Positions 56,075 to 64,000 of a stretch of 64,000 nucleotides of DNA are shown here, piece by piece. The number at the start of each line of letters is the position of its first letter. Within the stretch, counting starts at the first letter, position 1. The notes below the pieces were generated by a model that did no database searches, was not told the origin of the DNA, and saw nothing but the letters and a program-made list of their open reading frames with translations. A program made the translations under genes and the position numbers. The stretch is from Patescibacteria group bacterium. Its GTDB lineage: Bacteria; Patescibacteriota; Minisyncoccia; Phycocordibacterales; XYD1-FULL-46-19. Where the stretch lies: the NCBI GenBank assembly GCA_022705505.1, contig JAKJEI010000001.1, positions 8,157 through 72,156 of the forward strand, written 5' to 3'.

Positions 56075-57076
56075 ATGCCAGATTTCAATATCATCATTCC
56101 TTCAAAGCCGCGAGTCATTGCCGAAGATGAATTCAGCGGCGTTTATGAAATCGAAGGCCTTTACCCGGGTTACGGCCACACCCTGGGTAACTCTTTACGG
56201 CGGATTATCCTTTCGTCTTTGCCTGGTTTTTCGATTACTTCTTTAAAAGTTGACGGGGTTGATCATGAGTTTTCCACCATTGACGGGGTAAAGGAAGACG
56301 TCATCAACATCATCTTAAACTTGAAGAGAATCAAGTTTAAGGTAACCGGCGACGATAGCCAAGTGGTCAAACTGCGCATCAAAGGTCCCAAAACTGTAAC
56401 CGCCGGCGATTTGGATTTGCCGGGCCAAGTAGAAGTTATCAACAAAGAACAGGAAATTGCCACTGTTACCGACAAAAATACTGAGCTGGCAATTGAGATG
56501 ACCCTAGACAAAGGTTTGGGCTACGTTTCAAAGGATATTTTGAAAAAAGACAAGGTGGAAGTCGGCACAATTGCGGTTGACGCCACTTTTACGCCAATTC
56601 GCAAAGCCAGCTATGAGGTAGAAAATATGCGCGTCGGCAATCGCACGGACTTCAACAAGCTTCGCCTAAGTATTGAAACCGACGGCACTCTTACGCCGCG
56701 CGAAGCGATGGAAAAAAGCATTCGGATTATGATTGACCAGTTCAAGGCCATCATCGGTTTTGTGGAAGAAGAAGAGGAAATTGAATCAGGCGCTGTTATC
56801 AAAGAGGGGGGCAGTTTGTATGATGATTTGGAATATCACAGCGCGATTCGCCGACCGGGCGACAATAGTATTGACGAAAACATTCTGAAAACCAGAATTG
56901 AAGACTTAGACTTGTCTGTTCGCACCATCAAGGCGCTGACTGGCGCGAGTATCCGCACCGTAAGCGGCCTGGCTAGAAAAAAAGAATCAGATCTGCTAGA
57001 AATAAGTGGACTGGGAGACAAGGGTATCCAAGAGATTAAGCGAGCCCTAGGCGGTCTGGGTATCACCCTTAAGTAA
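56075..57076 (+). CDS. rpoA: DNA-directed RNA polymerase subunit alpha
   Basis: N-terminal dimerisation domain and alpha-CTD (LDLSVRTIKALTGASIRTVSGL). Confidence 0.95.
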   Translation: MPDFNIIIPSKPRVIAEDEFSGVYEIEGLYPGYGHTLGNSLRRIILSSLPGFSITSLKVDGVDHEFSTIDGVKEDVINIILNLKRIKFKVTGDDSQVVKLRIKGPKTVTAGDLDLPGQVEVINKEQEIATVTDKNTELAIEMTLDKGLGYVSKDILKKDKVEVGTIAVDATFTPIRKASYEVENMRVGNRTDFNKLRLSIETDGTLTPREAMEKSIRIMIDQFKAIIGFVEEEEEIESGAVIKEGGSLYDDLEYHSAIRRPGDNSIDENILKTRIEDLDLSVRTIKALTGASIRTVSGLARKKESDLLEISGLGDKGIQEIKRALGGLGITLK

Positions 57077-57093
57077 TAAGAAACAACAAAATT

Positions 57094-57444
57094 ATGAGGC
57101 ATCAAAAAACAGGTAAAAAATTCAGTCGGAAAATAGGCGTGCGAAAAGCTTTGCTTCGTTCTTTGATGTCCAACTTAATCTTAAAGGAAAAGATTACCAC
57201 GACCGAAACCAAGGCCAAAGAAACCCGCCGTTTGATAGAAAAGCTGGTCACTAAAGCCAAAGTTGATACCGTTGCTAACCGCAAGTTGGTCACCGAGAAC
57301 CTCGGTTCACCGTTACGGGTTAACAAATTGTTTAAAGAAATCGGACCGCGTTATGCTGAACGGGCGGGCGGCTATACCCGAATTACCAAGTTGCCAAAAC
57401 GAACTAGTGACGGCAGTTCAATGGCGGTAATAGAATTTGTCTAA
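57094..57444 (+). CDS. rplQ: 50S ribosomal protein L17
   Basis: MRHQKTGKKFSRKIGVRKALLRSL. Confidence 0.95.
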   Translation: MRHQKTGKKFSRKIGVRKALLRSLMSNLILKEKITTTETKAKETRRLIEKLVTKAKVDTVANRKLVTENLGSPLRVNKLFKEIGPRYAERAGGYTRITKLPKRTSDGSSMAVIEFV

Positions 57445-57445
57445 T

Positions 57446-57799
57446 ATGAAAAACAAAGAAGTTACAATTGATGCTACCGGTAAGGCCATTGGGCGTGTCG
57501 CCTCTGAAGCGGCCGTTGCTTTGCGCAACAAAAATAGCGCCGAGTTTGAACGCCACCTCACGCCGGCGGTAAAAGTTTCCATCATCAATGCCAGTCTTAT
57601 GGATATTTCTAATAAGAAGAAAAAAACAAAAGTTTACCATCACTACAGCGGTTACCCGGGTGGTCTAAAAGAAGAAACTTTGGAACACGTCATTGATAAA
57701 AAAGGTTACCGCGAAGCGCTTTTGCGAGCGATAAAAGGCATGTTGCCCGACAATAAGTTGCGCGCGGTGGCAATGAAAAATTTAACGATAACCGAATAA
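57446..57799 (+). CDS. rplM: 50S ribosomal protein L13
   Basis: MKNKEVTIDATGKAIGRVAS. The track start at 57437 is a TTG overlapping rplQ; the ATG at 57446 is preferred. Confidence 0.9.
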   Translation: MKNKEVTIDATGKAIGRVASEAAVALRNKNSAEFERHLTPAVKVSIINASLMDISNKKKKTKVYHHYSGYPGGLKEETLEHVIDKKGYREALLRAIKGMLPDNKLRAVAMKNLTITE

Positions 57800-57803
57800 G
57801 ATT

Positions 57804-58208
57804 ATGGCTACTGTAACAAAAGACAAATACATCGAGGCGGTCGGTCGCCGCAAAACATCTATCGCCAGAGTTCGTCTCTATACCGGCAAGGGCGAGATTG
57901 TGATTAATGACAGACCTTTTAATGAGTATTTTCCAACCGAAGAATTAAGAATTCGCGCCAAAAACCAATTGGCCGATATCAAGAATCTGGATAAGTTTCT
58001 GATTTCTGTCAAAATGTCCGGTGGTGGAATTTCTTCTCAAGCCGAAGCTTTTCGTTTGGGCTTGGCCAGAGCGATTGTCAAAGCCGACGAAAAAACCAAA
58101 GCCGAAGTTAAAAAAGCCGGTTTGCTCACTAGAGATGGCCGCAAAAAAGAACGTTATAAGTTCGGCCTCAAAAAAGCGCGCAAGTCGCCACAATGGTCCA
58201 AACGTTAA
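57804..58208 (+). CDS. rpsI: 30S ribosomal protein S9
   Basis: GRRKTSIARVRL...GGGISSQAEAFRLGLARA...KSPQWSKR. Confidence 0.95.
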   Translation: MATVTKDKYIEAVGRRKTSIARVRLYTGKGEIVINDRPFNEYFPTEELRIRAKNQLADIKNLDKFLISVKMSGGGISSQAEAFRLGLARAIVKADEKTKAEVKKAGLLTRDGRKKERYKFGLKKARKSPQWSKR

Positions 58209-58214
58209 AAACTC

Positions 58215-58240
58215 AAAAACCGGCCTTGGCCGGTTTTTTT
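58215..58240 (+). terminator. intrinsic terminator aaaaaccggcc-tt-ggccggttttttt
   Basis: 11-bp GC-rich stem followed by a T7 run, directly after rpsI. Confidence 0.6.
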
Positions 58241-58306
58241 GGGCCCCGACTTCCAGTTAGGAACCTTTGGGCGGGAAAAATCCTTATTTTTAAACATAGT
58301 TGGTAT

Positions 58307-58335
58307 TTGCATAAAAGCTTTTAACTAGTTATAAT
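58307..58335 (+). promoter_or_regulatory. consensus promoter TTGCAT-N17-TATAAT for grpE-dnaK
   Basis: ttgcat at 58307-58312 and tataat at 58330-58335. Confidence 0.55.
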
Positions 58336-58363
58336 GAGGATGAATTATCCGTTTAACTCTATA

Positions 58364-58390
58364 TAAAGTGTTTTGTTAGGGAACACTTAT
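58364..58390. promoter_or_regulatory. inverted repeat AAGTGTT-N9-AACACTT between promoter and grpE start (candidate operator)
   Basis: Perfect 7-bp arms at 58366-58372 and 58382-58388. The spacing is CIRCE-like but the sequence is not CIRCE. Confidence 0.3.
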
Positions 58391-58402
58391 TCTTATTAAT
58401 GT

Positions 58403-59002
58403 ATGTCAAAACAAACAGACAAAAATAAAGAAAACGAGCTATCGGAAGCCGACGAGATAGAATTTGAAGAGAACTTGGAAGACCGCGCGCCGGAAGCGGC
58501 CTCGGTCAACAGTAAATTAAAGAAACTGCGAGAAGAGCTTAAGACTTGCCAAACTGAACGAGGTGACTACCTGGCTGGCTGGCAACGCGCCAAAGCTGAC
58601 TACCTCAACCTAAAAAAAGAGGTAGAGAAACAACGCGGCGAAACCGCTAAGTGGGTCAAAGAAGATTTGTTTGGAGAATTTTTGTCTTTGGCCGACAGTT
58701 TTGAAATGGCGATGAGCAACAAAGAAGTCTGGGAACAAGCGCCGGAAAATTGGCGCAAAGGTGTAGAATACATTTACCAACAACTGAAAAATATTTTCCA
58801 AAATCACGGTCTGAAAGAAATTTGTCCCCAAGTCGGCGATAAATTCAATCCCACTGAAGAGCACTCCATCGCGATTGTTCCCGCCGAGTTCCCGGACCAA
58901 GATGATGTGATTGACGAAGTCGTAAAAAAGGGTTATAAAATAAATGAACAAATTTTACGTCCGGCTCAGGTAAAAGTCAGACACTGGTCGGAAAAACCTT
59001 AA
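58403..59002 (+). CDS. grpE: nucleotide exchange factor GrpE
   Basis: Coiled-coil N-terminus and GrpE core (RAKADYLNLKKEVEKQR...). Confidence 0.9.
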   Translation: MSKQTDKNKENELSEADEIEFEENLEDRAPEAASVNSKLKKLREELKTCQTERGDYLAGWQRAKADYLNLKKEVEKQRGETAKWVKEDLFGEFLSLADSFEMAMSNKEVWEQAPENWRKGVEYIYQQLKNIFQNHGLKEICPQVGDKFNPTEEHSIAIVPAEFPDQDDVIDEVVKKGYKINEQILRPAQVKVRHWSEKP

Positions 59003-59061
59003 ATAAAAACAAACGGTCCATTTAAAAATAAATTTATTAAAAATTAGACAATTCAAGATAT

Positions 59062-60996
59062 ATGGCAAAAATCATAGGTATTGACCTGGGCACCACTTAT
59101 TCCGCTGTTGCCGCCGTGGAAGGCGGACAACCAAAAATTATTGAAAATGCTGAGGGCGCGCGCACAACGCCGTCTGTTGTCGCTATCTCCAAGGCGGGTG
59201 AACGTCTGGTTGGTTTAATCGCCAAAAGACAAGCTATCACTAACCCCAAAAATACCATCTACGGCATCAAACGTTTGATGGGTCACAAATTTGAAGAACC
59301 GCATGTCCAACGCGACAAAGATATCTCACCATTTGCCATTAACAAAGCCGATGATGGCGGAGTGTTGGTCAAGATGGGTGAAAGAGATTACCGTCCGGAA
59401 GAAATTTCGGCCATGATTTTGCAAAAGCTGAAGAATGACGCGGAGGCCAAACTTGGTGAAAAAATAGAAGAGGCGGTGATTACCGTTCCGGCCTACTTTG
59501 ACGACTCTCAACGCAAAGCGACCAAGGACGCGGGCGAGATTGCCGGCTTTAAAGTCCGCCGCATCATCAACGAACCGACAGCCGCCGCTCTGGCTTACGG
59601 TTTGGATAAAAAGAAAGACGAAAAAGTTGTCGTTTACGACTTTGGCGGCGGAACTTTTGATGTTTCAGTCTTGGATATCATCGGCGGCGAAGAAGAGCAA
59701 AGTATTCAGGTTAAATCGACCGATGGCGACTCGCATATGGGCGGCGAAGATATTGACCAGAAAATTATCAAGTGGATTGCCGATGAGTTTAAAAAAGAGA
59801 CCGGCCTGGACATCAGCCACGACGAGCTGGCTCTCCAACGCCTAAAGGAAGCCGCGGAAAAAGCCAAGCATGAGCTCTCCACCTCCATGCAAACCGACAT
59901 CAATATTCCGTTTATTACTTCAGATTCTTCCGGCCCGGTTCACCTCAACAAAACTATGACACGTGCTACTCTTGAGGACTTGGCCAAAGAATTTATTGAC
60001 CGCTCTATTGAAATCACTAAGCGCGCGGTAGGCGCCTCCGGCTATCAGATATCCGATATCAATGAAATCATTTTGGTTGGCGGTCAGATTAGAATGCCGG
60101 CCATCCAGGAAGCCGTCAAAAAATTATTCGGCAAAGAACCGAACCGCACCATCAATCCGGACGAAGTGGTGGCAATTGGCGCCGCGATCCAAGGCGGTAT
60201 TTTCCAAGGGGATGTCAAAGACGTGCTCTTGCTGGATGTAACCCCGCTTTCGCTCGGCATTGAAACAATGGGCGGCGTCGCCACGAAATTAATTGAACGC
60301 AATACCACGATCCCGACTTCTCGTTCGCAAATTTTTTCCACCGCGGCAGATAATCAAACCTCGGTTGAGATTCATGTCGTCCAAGGCGAACGCGAAATGG
60401 CAGCTGATAATAAATCTCTTGGTCGTTTTATTCTAGACGGCATTCCGCCGGCGCCGCGCGGTTTGCCGCAAGTGGAAGTCGCTTTTGACATCGACGCCAA
60501 CGGCATCTTGTCAGTCAAAGCCAAAGAAAAATCCACTGGCAAAGAACAATCCATCCGGATTGAAGCCAAGACCAGCTTATCCAAAGAAGATATTGAGCGA
60601 ATGAAAAAAGACGCTGAAGCGCACGCGGAGGAAGACAAGAAAAAGCGCGAAATGGTTGAGGTCAAAAATGTCGCCGAACAAATGATTTATACTGCCGAAA
60701 AAGCTCTAAAGGATACCGATGGCCAACCAGCCGGAGAAAAAAGAATCCCTGAAGAAATTAGACGAGATGTTGAAGATAAGATTACCGTCCTCAAAGGAGT
60801 CAAAGATGGTCAAGATCTTGAGGCCATAAAAAATGCCACAAGCGCTCTTTCAACCGAAATGCAAAAAATCGGCGAATCTATGATGAAGACGCAATCACAA
60901 GAGCCGCCGAAAGAAGGCGGGTCAAATAATGAAGACAAGAAAGATGACGGGCAAGGTAGCAACGAGGGGAATGTGAGAGACGCGGAGACGAAGTAG
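59062..60996 (+). CDS. dnaK: molecular chaperone DnaK (Hsp70)
   Basis: [25 protein letters not shown] and substrate-binding domain signatures. Confidence 0.97.
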   Translation: MAKIIGIDLGTTYSAVAAVEGGQPKIIENAEGARTTPSVVAISKAGERLVGLIAKRQAITNPKNTIYGIKRLMGHKFEEPHVQRDKDISPFAINKADDGGVLVKMGERDYRPEEISAMILQKLKNDAEAKLGEKIEEAVITVPAYFDDSQRKATKDAGEIAGFKVRRIINEPTAAALAYGLDKKKDEKVVVYDFGGGTFDVSVLDIIGGEEEQSIQVKSTDGDSHMGGEDIDQKIIKWIADEFKKETGLDISHDELALQRLKEAAEKAKHELSTSMQTDINIPFITSDSSGPVHLNKTMTRATLEDLAKEFIDRSIEITKRAVGASGYQISDINEIILVGGQIRMPAIQEAVKKLFGKEPNRTINPDEVVAIGAAIQGGIFQGDVKDVLLLDVTPLSLGIETMGGVATKLIERNTTIPTSRSQIFSTAADNQTSVEIHVVQGEREMAADNKSLGRFILDGIPPAPRGLPQVEVAFDIDANGILSVKAKEKSTGKEQSIRIEAKTSLSKEDIERMKKDAEAHAEEDKKKREMVEVKNVAEQMIYTAEKALKDTDGQPAGEKRIPEEIRRDVEDKITVLKGVKDGQDLEAIKNATSALSTEMQKIGESMMKTQSQEPPKEGGSNNEDKKDDGQGSNEGNVRDAETK

Positions 60997-61164
60997 CGCA
61001 AAACTCAAAGCTTAGAGCTAAAAAATCAATAACCTTAACTAAAACCCCTGGCGCGTAAGCGCGCCAGGGGTTTTAGGCTATTGAAGCATTACGCATCCTT
61101 GCTCAAAAATCCTTTTAATGGTATTATTATTTAAGCTTAAAGCGCAAAACACAAAATTCAAATC

Positions 61165-61521
61165 ATGCCCAACAGTCTAAGAGAGAGAACTTATAACTTT
61201 ACCTTGAAAGTTATCAACTTGAGTTCAAAACTTCCAAACAATAGGGCAAGTTGGATTATTAGTGATCAACTAATAAGATCTGCTAGTTCCATTGGAGCCA
61301 ACCATGTTGAAGCTCAAGCGGTCAGCTCCAGATTGGAATATAAAAAATTTTTTGAAATTTCCTTAAAAAGCGCTAACGAAACAAAATATTGGCTAAGTTT
61401 ATTAAAGGACGCTAAGATAATAGACCGAGAAAAAGTTGAACCTTTAATTAAAGAGGTTGACGAGATTTGTAAAATGCTTGGCCAGAGTGTTATCACTTTA
61501 AAATCCAAGGTTTCAAGTTAA
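61165..61521 (+). CDS. four-helix-bundle protein (TIGR02436; 23S rRNA intervening-sequence protein family)
   Basis: SDQLIRSASSIGANHVEAQAVSSRLEYKKFFEISLKSANETKYWLSLL. Conspicuously AT-rich relative to its neighbours. Confidence 0.8.
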   Translation: MPNSLRERTYNFTLKVINLSSKLPNNRASWIISDQLIRSASSIGANHVEAQAVSSRLEYKKFFEISLKSANETKYWLSLLKDAKIIDREKVEPLIKEVDEICKMLGQSVITLKSKVSS

Positions 61522-61570
61522 AAGATTAAATTTTGCGTTTTGCGTTTTAAGTTTTGAGCTCATCTATATT

Positions 61571-62647
61571 ATGGCTAAAGATTACTACAAAACATTGGGC
61601 GTAGAGAAAAACGCTTCTAAAGAAGATATCCGCAAAGCCTTCCACAAGCTAGCGCATAAATATCACCCGGATAAATCTACCGGCGACGAACAAAAGTTTA
61701 AGGAAGTTAATGAAGCCTATCAGATTTTGTCTGACGACAAAAAACGCGCGCAGTATGACCAATTTGGTAACGCCGGTTTTGGCGGCCAAGGTGGTCCAGG
61801 CGGCGGTTTTGATTTCAGCGGTTTTGATTTCTCTGGTTTCAACCGTGGCCAAAATGGCTCGTTTGAATTTGACCTAGGGGACATCTTTGGGGACATCTTT
61901 GGCGGCGGTCGCCGAACCAAAGTTAAACGCGGACGAGATATTTCGGTGGATATTTTGATAACTTTCAAAGAATCGATTTTTGGCACAGAACGAAAACTTT
62001 TAATCAATAAAGTTGGGCTTTGCGATGTTTGTAATGGCGCCGGCGCCGAAAAAGACACTGACGTCAAGAAGTGCGCCACCTGTGACGGGAGCGGCCAAAT
62101 CAAAGAAGCCATGCGTTCCATCTTGGGAACTTTCCAGACCGCGAAAACCTGTCCCGCCTGTCACGGTCGCGGCAAAATACCCGAGAAAAAATGCCAGGCT
62201 TGCGGCGGCGATGGTGTCCGCAAAAAAGACGAGGAAGTTCGCGTTAAAGTGCCGGCCGGTATAAATAATGGCGAGATGATTAGAATGTCCGAGCGAGGGG
62301 AAGCGGTCGCCGACGGCCAAAATGGCGACCTTTACATCAAAATTCACGTTGAACGAGATGAACTTTGGCGCCGTTCCGGCAATGATTTGCTGGCTGATAT
62401 CAAAATTAAATTGACAGATGCGATTTTGGGCACTGACTACAAATTAAAAACTCTGGAGGGGGATTTAACCTTAACTATTCCAACCGGAATTGCTTACGGC
62501 GAAATGTTGCGGGTTAAAGGCAAAGGCGTACCAAGCGAACGCGGCCGCCGTGGCGATCTCTTGGTTCGAGTTACTTTCCCGACCCCAGGCAAACTCTCCC
62601 GCAAAGCCAAAAAAATCATTGAGGACCTCCGAGAAGAAGGGCTATAG
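61571..62647 (+). CDS. dnaJ: molecular chaperone DnaJ
   Basis: J-domain with HPD (KYHPDKS), a G/F-rich region, and four CxxCxGxG zinc-finger repeats. Confidence 0.95.
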   Translation: MAKDYYKTLGVEKNASKEDIRKAFHKLAHKYHPDKSTGDEQKFKEVNEAYQILSDDKKRAQYDQFGNAGFGGQGGPGGGFDFSGFDFSGFNRGQNGSFEFDLGDIFGDIFGGGRRTKVKRGRDISVDILITFKESIFGTERKLLINKVGLCDVCNGAGAEKDTDVKKCATCDGSGQIKEAMRSILGTFQTAKTCPACHGRGKIPEKKCQACGGDGVRKKDEEVRVKVPAGINNGEMIRMSERGEAVADGQNGDLYIKIHVERDELWRRSGNDLLADIKIKLTDAILGTDYKLKTLEGDLTLTIPTGIAYGEMLRVKGKGVPSERGRRGDLLVRVTFPTPGKLSRKAKKIIEDLREEGL

Positions 62648-62656
62648 AATTGGGGT

Positions 62657-63316
62657 GTGTTATTTAAGATAAATAATGAAATAACCCAAATGATTAAGCT
62701 TTTAATAGAATACTCAAAAGAATTTGAATTAGAAAGAATCGAGAGTACTATCAACAGACTTGATTGGTATTTGAGCAACAAATATAGTTTAAGCTCTTTA
62801 TCCTTCCCCAAAAACATTGACGTTGATAATCTTAAAGAAATAAAAAAGGAGGAATTGGTTGAAGCCGTTGGGGAGGAATACGACGAAAGTAAGTTTGTCA
62901 CTACTGCCGAGTCGATTGTACAAATGTATGAAAAATATGAGGTCAAGCTAGAAGACTTTATTAAAAGTATTGGTCTGTCGGTAATACCAGAAGTTAAGGT
63001 CTCTTTAACTAATTATGGTATTGGGGGTAGTTATCATTTACCTAACGAGATAATAGTAAATATAAATCGTTTTTTCAGTATCGGATTGATAAGAAATATC
63101 CTGCATGAGATAATTCATCTTCACATCCAAGCCTTAATTGATCAATATAAAATAAGTCAGTGGAATAAAGAAACAATTGTTAACCTCCTCTTTGAAAAGG
63201 CGTTTCCTGAAATTTACAAGGAACCTAACATCCCAATGGATACTACTAAAATCAGAAAGATATTTGAAGAAAATTTTCCTAATATTAAGAAGGTTATTTC
63301 TTTAATTAGCGAATGA
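62657..63316 (+). CDS. hypothetical protein with HExxH motif (ILHEIIHLH), AT-rich gene
   Basis: 219 aa, about 30% GC versus about 47% in the flanks. It is a possible zinc-metallopeptidase-like fold. Confidence 0.45.
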   Translation: MLFKINNEITQMIKLLIEYSKEFELERIESTINRLDWYLSNKYSLSSLSFPKNIDVDNLKEIKKEELVEAVGEEYDESKFVTTAESIVQMYEKYEVKLEDFIKSIGLSVIPEVKVSLTNYGIGGSYHLPNEIIVNINRFFSIGLIRNILHEIIHLHIQALIDQYKISQWNKETIVNLLFEKAFPEIYKEPNIPMDTTKIRKIFEENFPNIKKVISLISE

Positions 63317-63363
63317 ACATATTGGTCTCGGTGTAAAGTTTTATATGAGTTTAAAATAATTTT

Positions 63364-63708
63364 ATGAGCAAAACTTACAAATTTTTGCCTGAGGATTTTT
63401 TAGAGTTACGGAAAAAAATTATCGAACTGGAACAAGAGGTCATTGAATTTGGGCGCGAGATGGGGGAATCTACCGAGCAAAGCTCTGAAACCTGGCACGA
63501 CAACGCCACCTACGACGTGGCCCGTTTCAACTTTGAGACGACTGCCGCCAAACTGCAAGAATTGATTGAAATTCGGAACAAGGCTACACTCATAGAACCA
63601 AGGACACAACCGCCTGACAAGGTCGTCATTGGTAGCACGGTAAAAATTCTAAGCCTGGATACCGGCCAAACCCAACTGGTCAAAATTACGAGGGACACGG
63701 TAAAATAA
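63364..63708 (+). CDS. greA: GreA-like transcript cleavage factor, C-terminally truncated
   Basis: The coiled-coil N-domain (SETWHDNATYDVARFNFETTAAKLQEL) aligns to GreA. The FKBP-like C-domain begins (VVIGSTVKILSLDTGQTQLVKI) but ends about 40 aa early, with no continuation in other frames. Confidence 0.55.
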   Translation: MSKTYKFLPEDFLELRKKIIELEQEVIEFGREMGESTEQSSETWHDNATYDVARFNFETTAAKLQELIEIRNKATLIEPRTQPPDKVVIGSTVKILSLDTGQTQLVKITRDTVK

Positions 63709-63772
63709 TCGGTTGATTTCAATCCTCTTCTTTTAGCATTATTTTTGTGATATAGTTTAAGTACGGGAAACC

Positions 63773-63897
63773 GCGCTTTTAGTTTATGAAGACAAGAAAG
63801 GCCCTTGCGAGCCAATATACCGCAAGCCCAGTCGCTCAAGCTCATTCGCGCGCTTACGTCGCGCCACGAGCCAAAATAGCCCCCAGGGGCTTGTTTT
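63773..63897 (+). ncRNA. candidate structured RNA or leader (unclassified)
   Basis: GC-rich non-coding stretch containing several local hairpins (cuugcg..cgcaag; gcgcg..cgcgc). It ends in a GCCCC/GGGGC stem followed by uuguuuu. A possible TG-extended -10 (tgatatagt) lies near 63757-63765. Confidence 0.25.
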
Positions 63898-64000
63898 GGG
63901 TCAAGTTCACCTGGATTCTGACTTATTTTATTTACTTTCCCATTACCCGCATCTGCCAACACGTCAAGACAACAATAGACAATTCCTTCTTTGATTACGA

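Noticed and set aside
58364-58390. Canonical CIRCE (HrcA) element upstream of grpE
   Set aside because: The spacing (IR-N9-IR) matches, but the arm sequence AAGTGTT/AACACTT does not match TTAGCACTC/GAGTGCTAA. It is reported only as a candidate operator.
63510-63962. 150-aa minus-strand ORF antisense to greA and the downstream GC-rich segment
   Set aside because: It overlaps the well-supported greA reading frame and a structured non-coding stretch. Arg/Gly/Ser-rich composition typical of antisense GC-rich translation.
1-64000. CRISPR arrays or cas genes
   Set aside because: No series of regularly spaced direct repeats was seen. The only repeats are one 20-bp tandem duplication, two copies of a palindromic element and isolated terminator hairpins.

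Overview
This 64 kb window reads as compact bacterial chromosome, gene-dense and almost all on the + strand. Gene content and style suggest a Candidate Phyla Radiation / Patescibacteria-like organism; this is an inference from small proteins, weak or absent Shine-Dalgarno sequences, TTG/GTG starts, short-form dnaX and uvrC, and a four-helix-bundle gene between dnaK and dnaJ. Recognisable housekeeping genes, in order: topA (partial) and dprA on the - strand; then serS, a Clp/Hsp100-like ATPase, a cell-wall enzyme fusion, capA-like, dus, dnaX, a cyclophilin, prmC, a SIMPL protein, an ECF sigma module, ppsA, a 2-hydroxyacid dehydrogenase, tgt, uvrB-uvrA-uvrC, a histidine kinase/response regulator pair, ddl, ogt, ychF, leuS, mltG, a DnaQ-like exonuclease, mnmA, alaS, the alpha-operon ribosomal cluster (infA-rpmJ-rpsM-rpsK-rpsD-rpoA-rplQ, then rplM-rpsI), grpE-dnaK-[4HB]-dnaJ and a truncated greA. 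RNA genes: tRNA-Gln(UUG), tRNA-Ala(UGC) and tRNA-Ala(GGC). The clearest accessory region is two different intact IS30-family elements inserted tail-to-tail between dus and dnaX, next to an XRE regulator, gene fragments and tRNA-Gln. Findings worth a second look: (1) an alpha/beta-hydrolase-like ~170 aa module inserted into LeuS at the entrance of the CP1 editing domain; (2) a membrane-anchored Clp/Hsp100 ATPase with a degenerate first ATPase domain; (3) a fusion of a catalytically dead L,D-transpeptidase-like domain to an S11 D,D-carboxypeptidase; (4) an 842 aa PilM/FtsA-like actin-fold protein fused to a TM segment and a large extracytoplasmic domain; (5) two candidate small RNAs with promoter and terminator signals; (6) a promoter / 16-codon Cys-Cys ORF / terminator leader upstream of mnmA; (7) a repeated double-hairpin intergenic element present twice. 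No CRISPR array was seen. All coordinates and motifs were read by eye and should be confirmed computationally.
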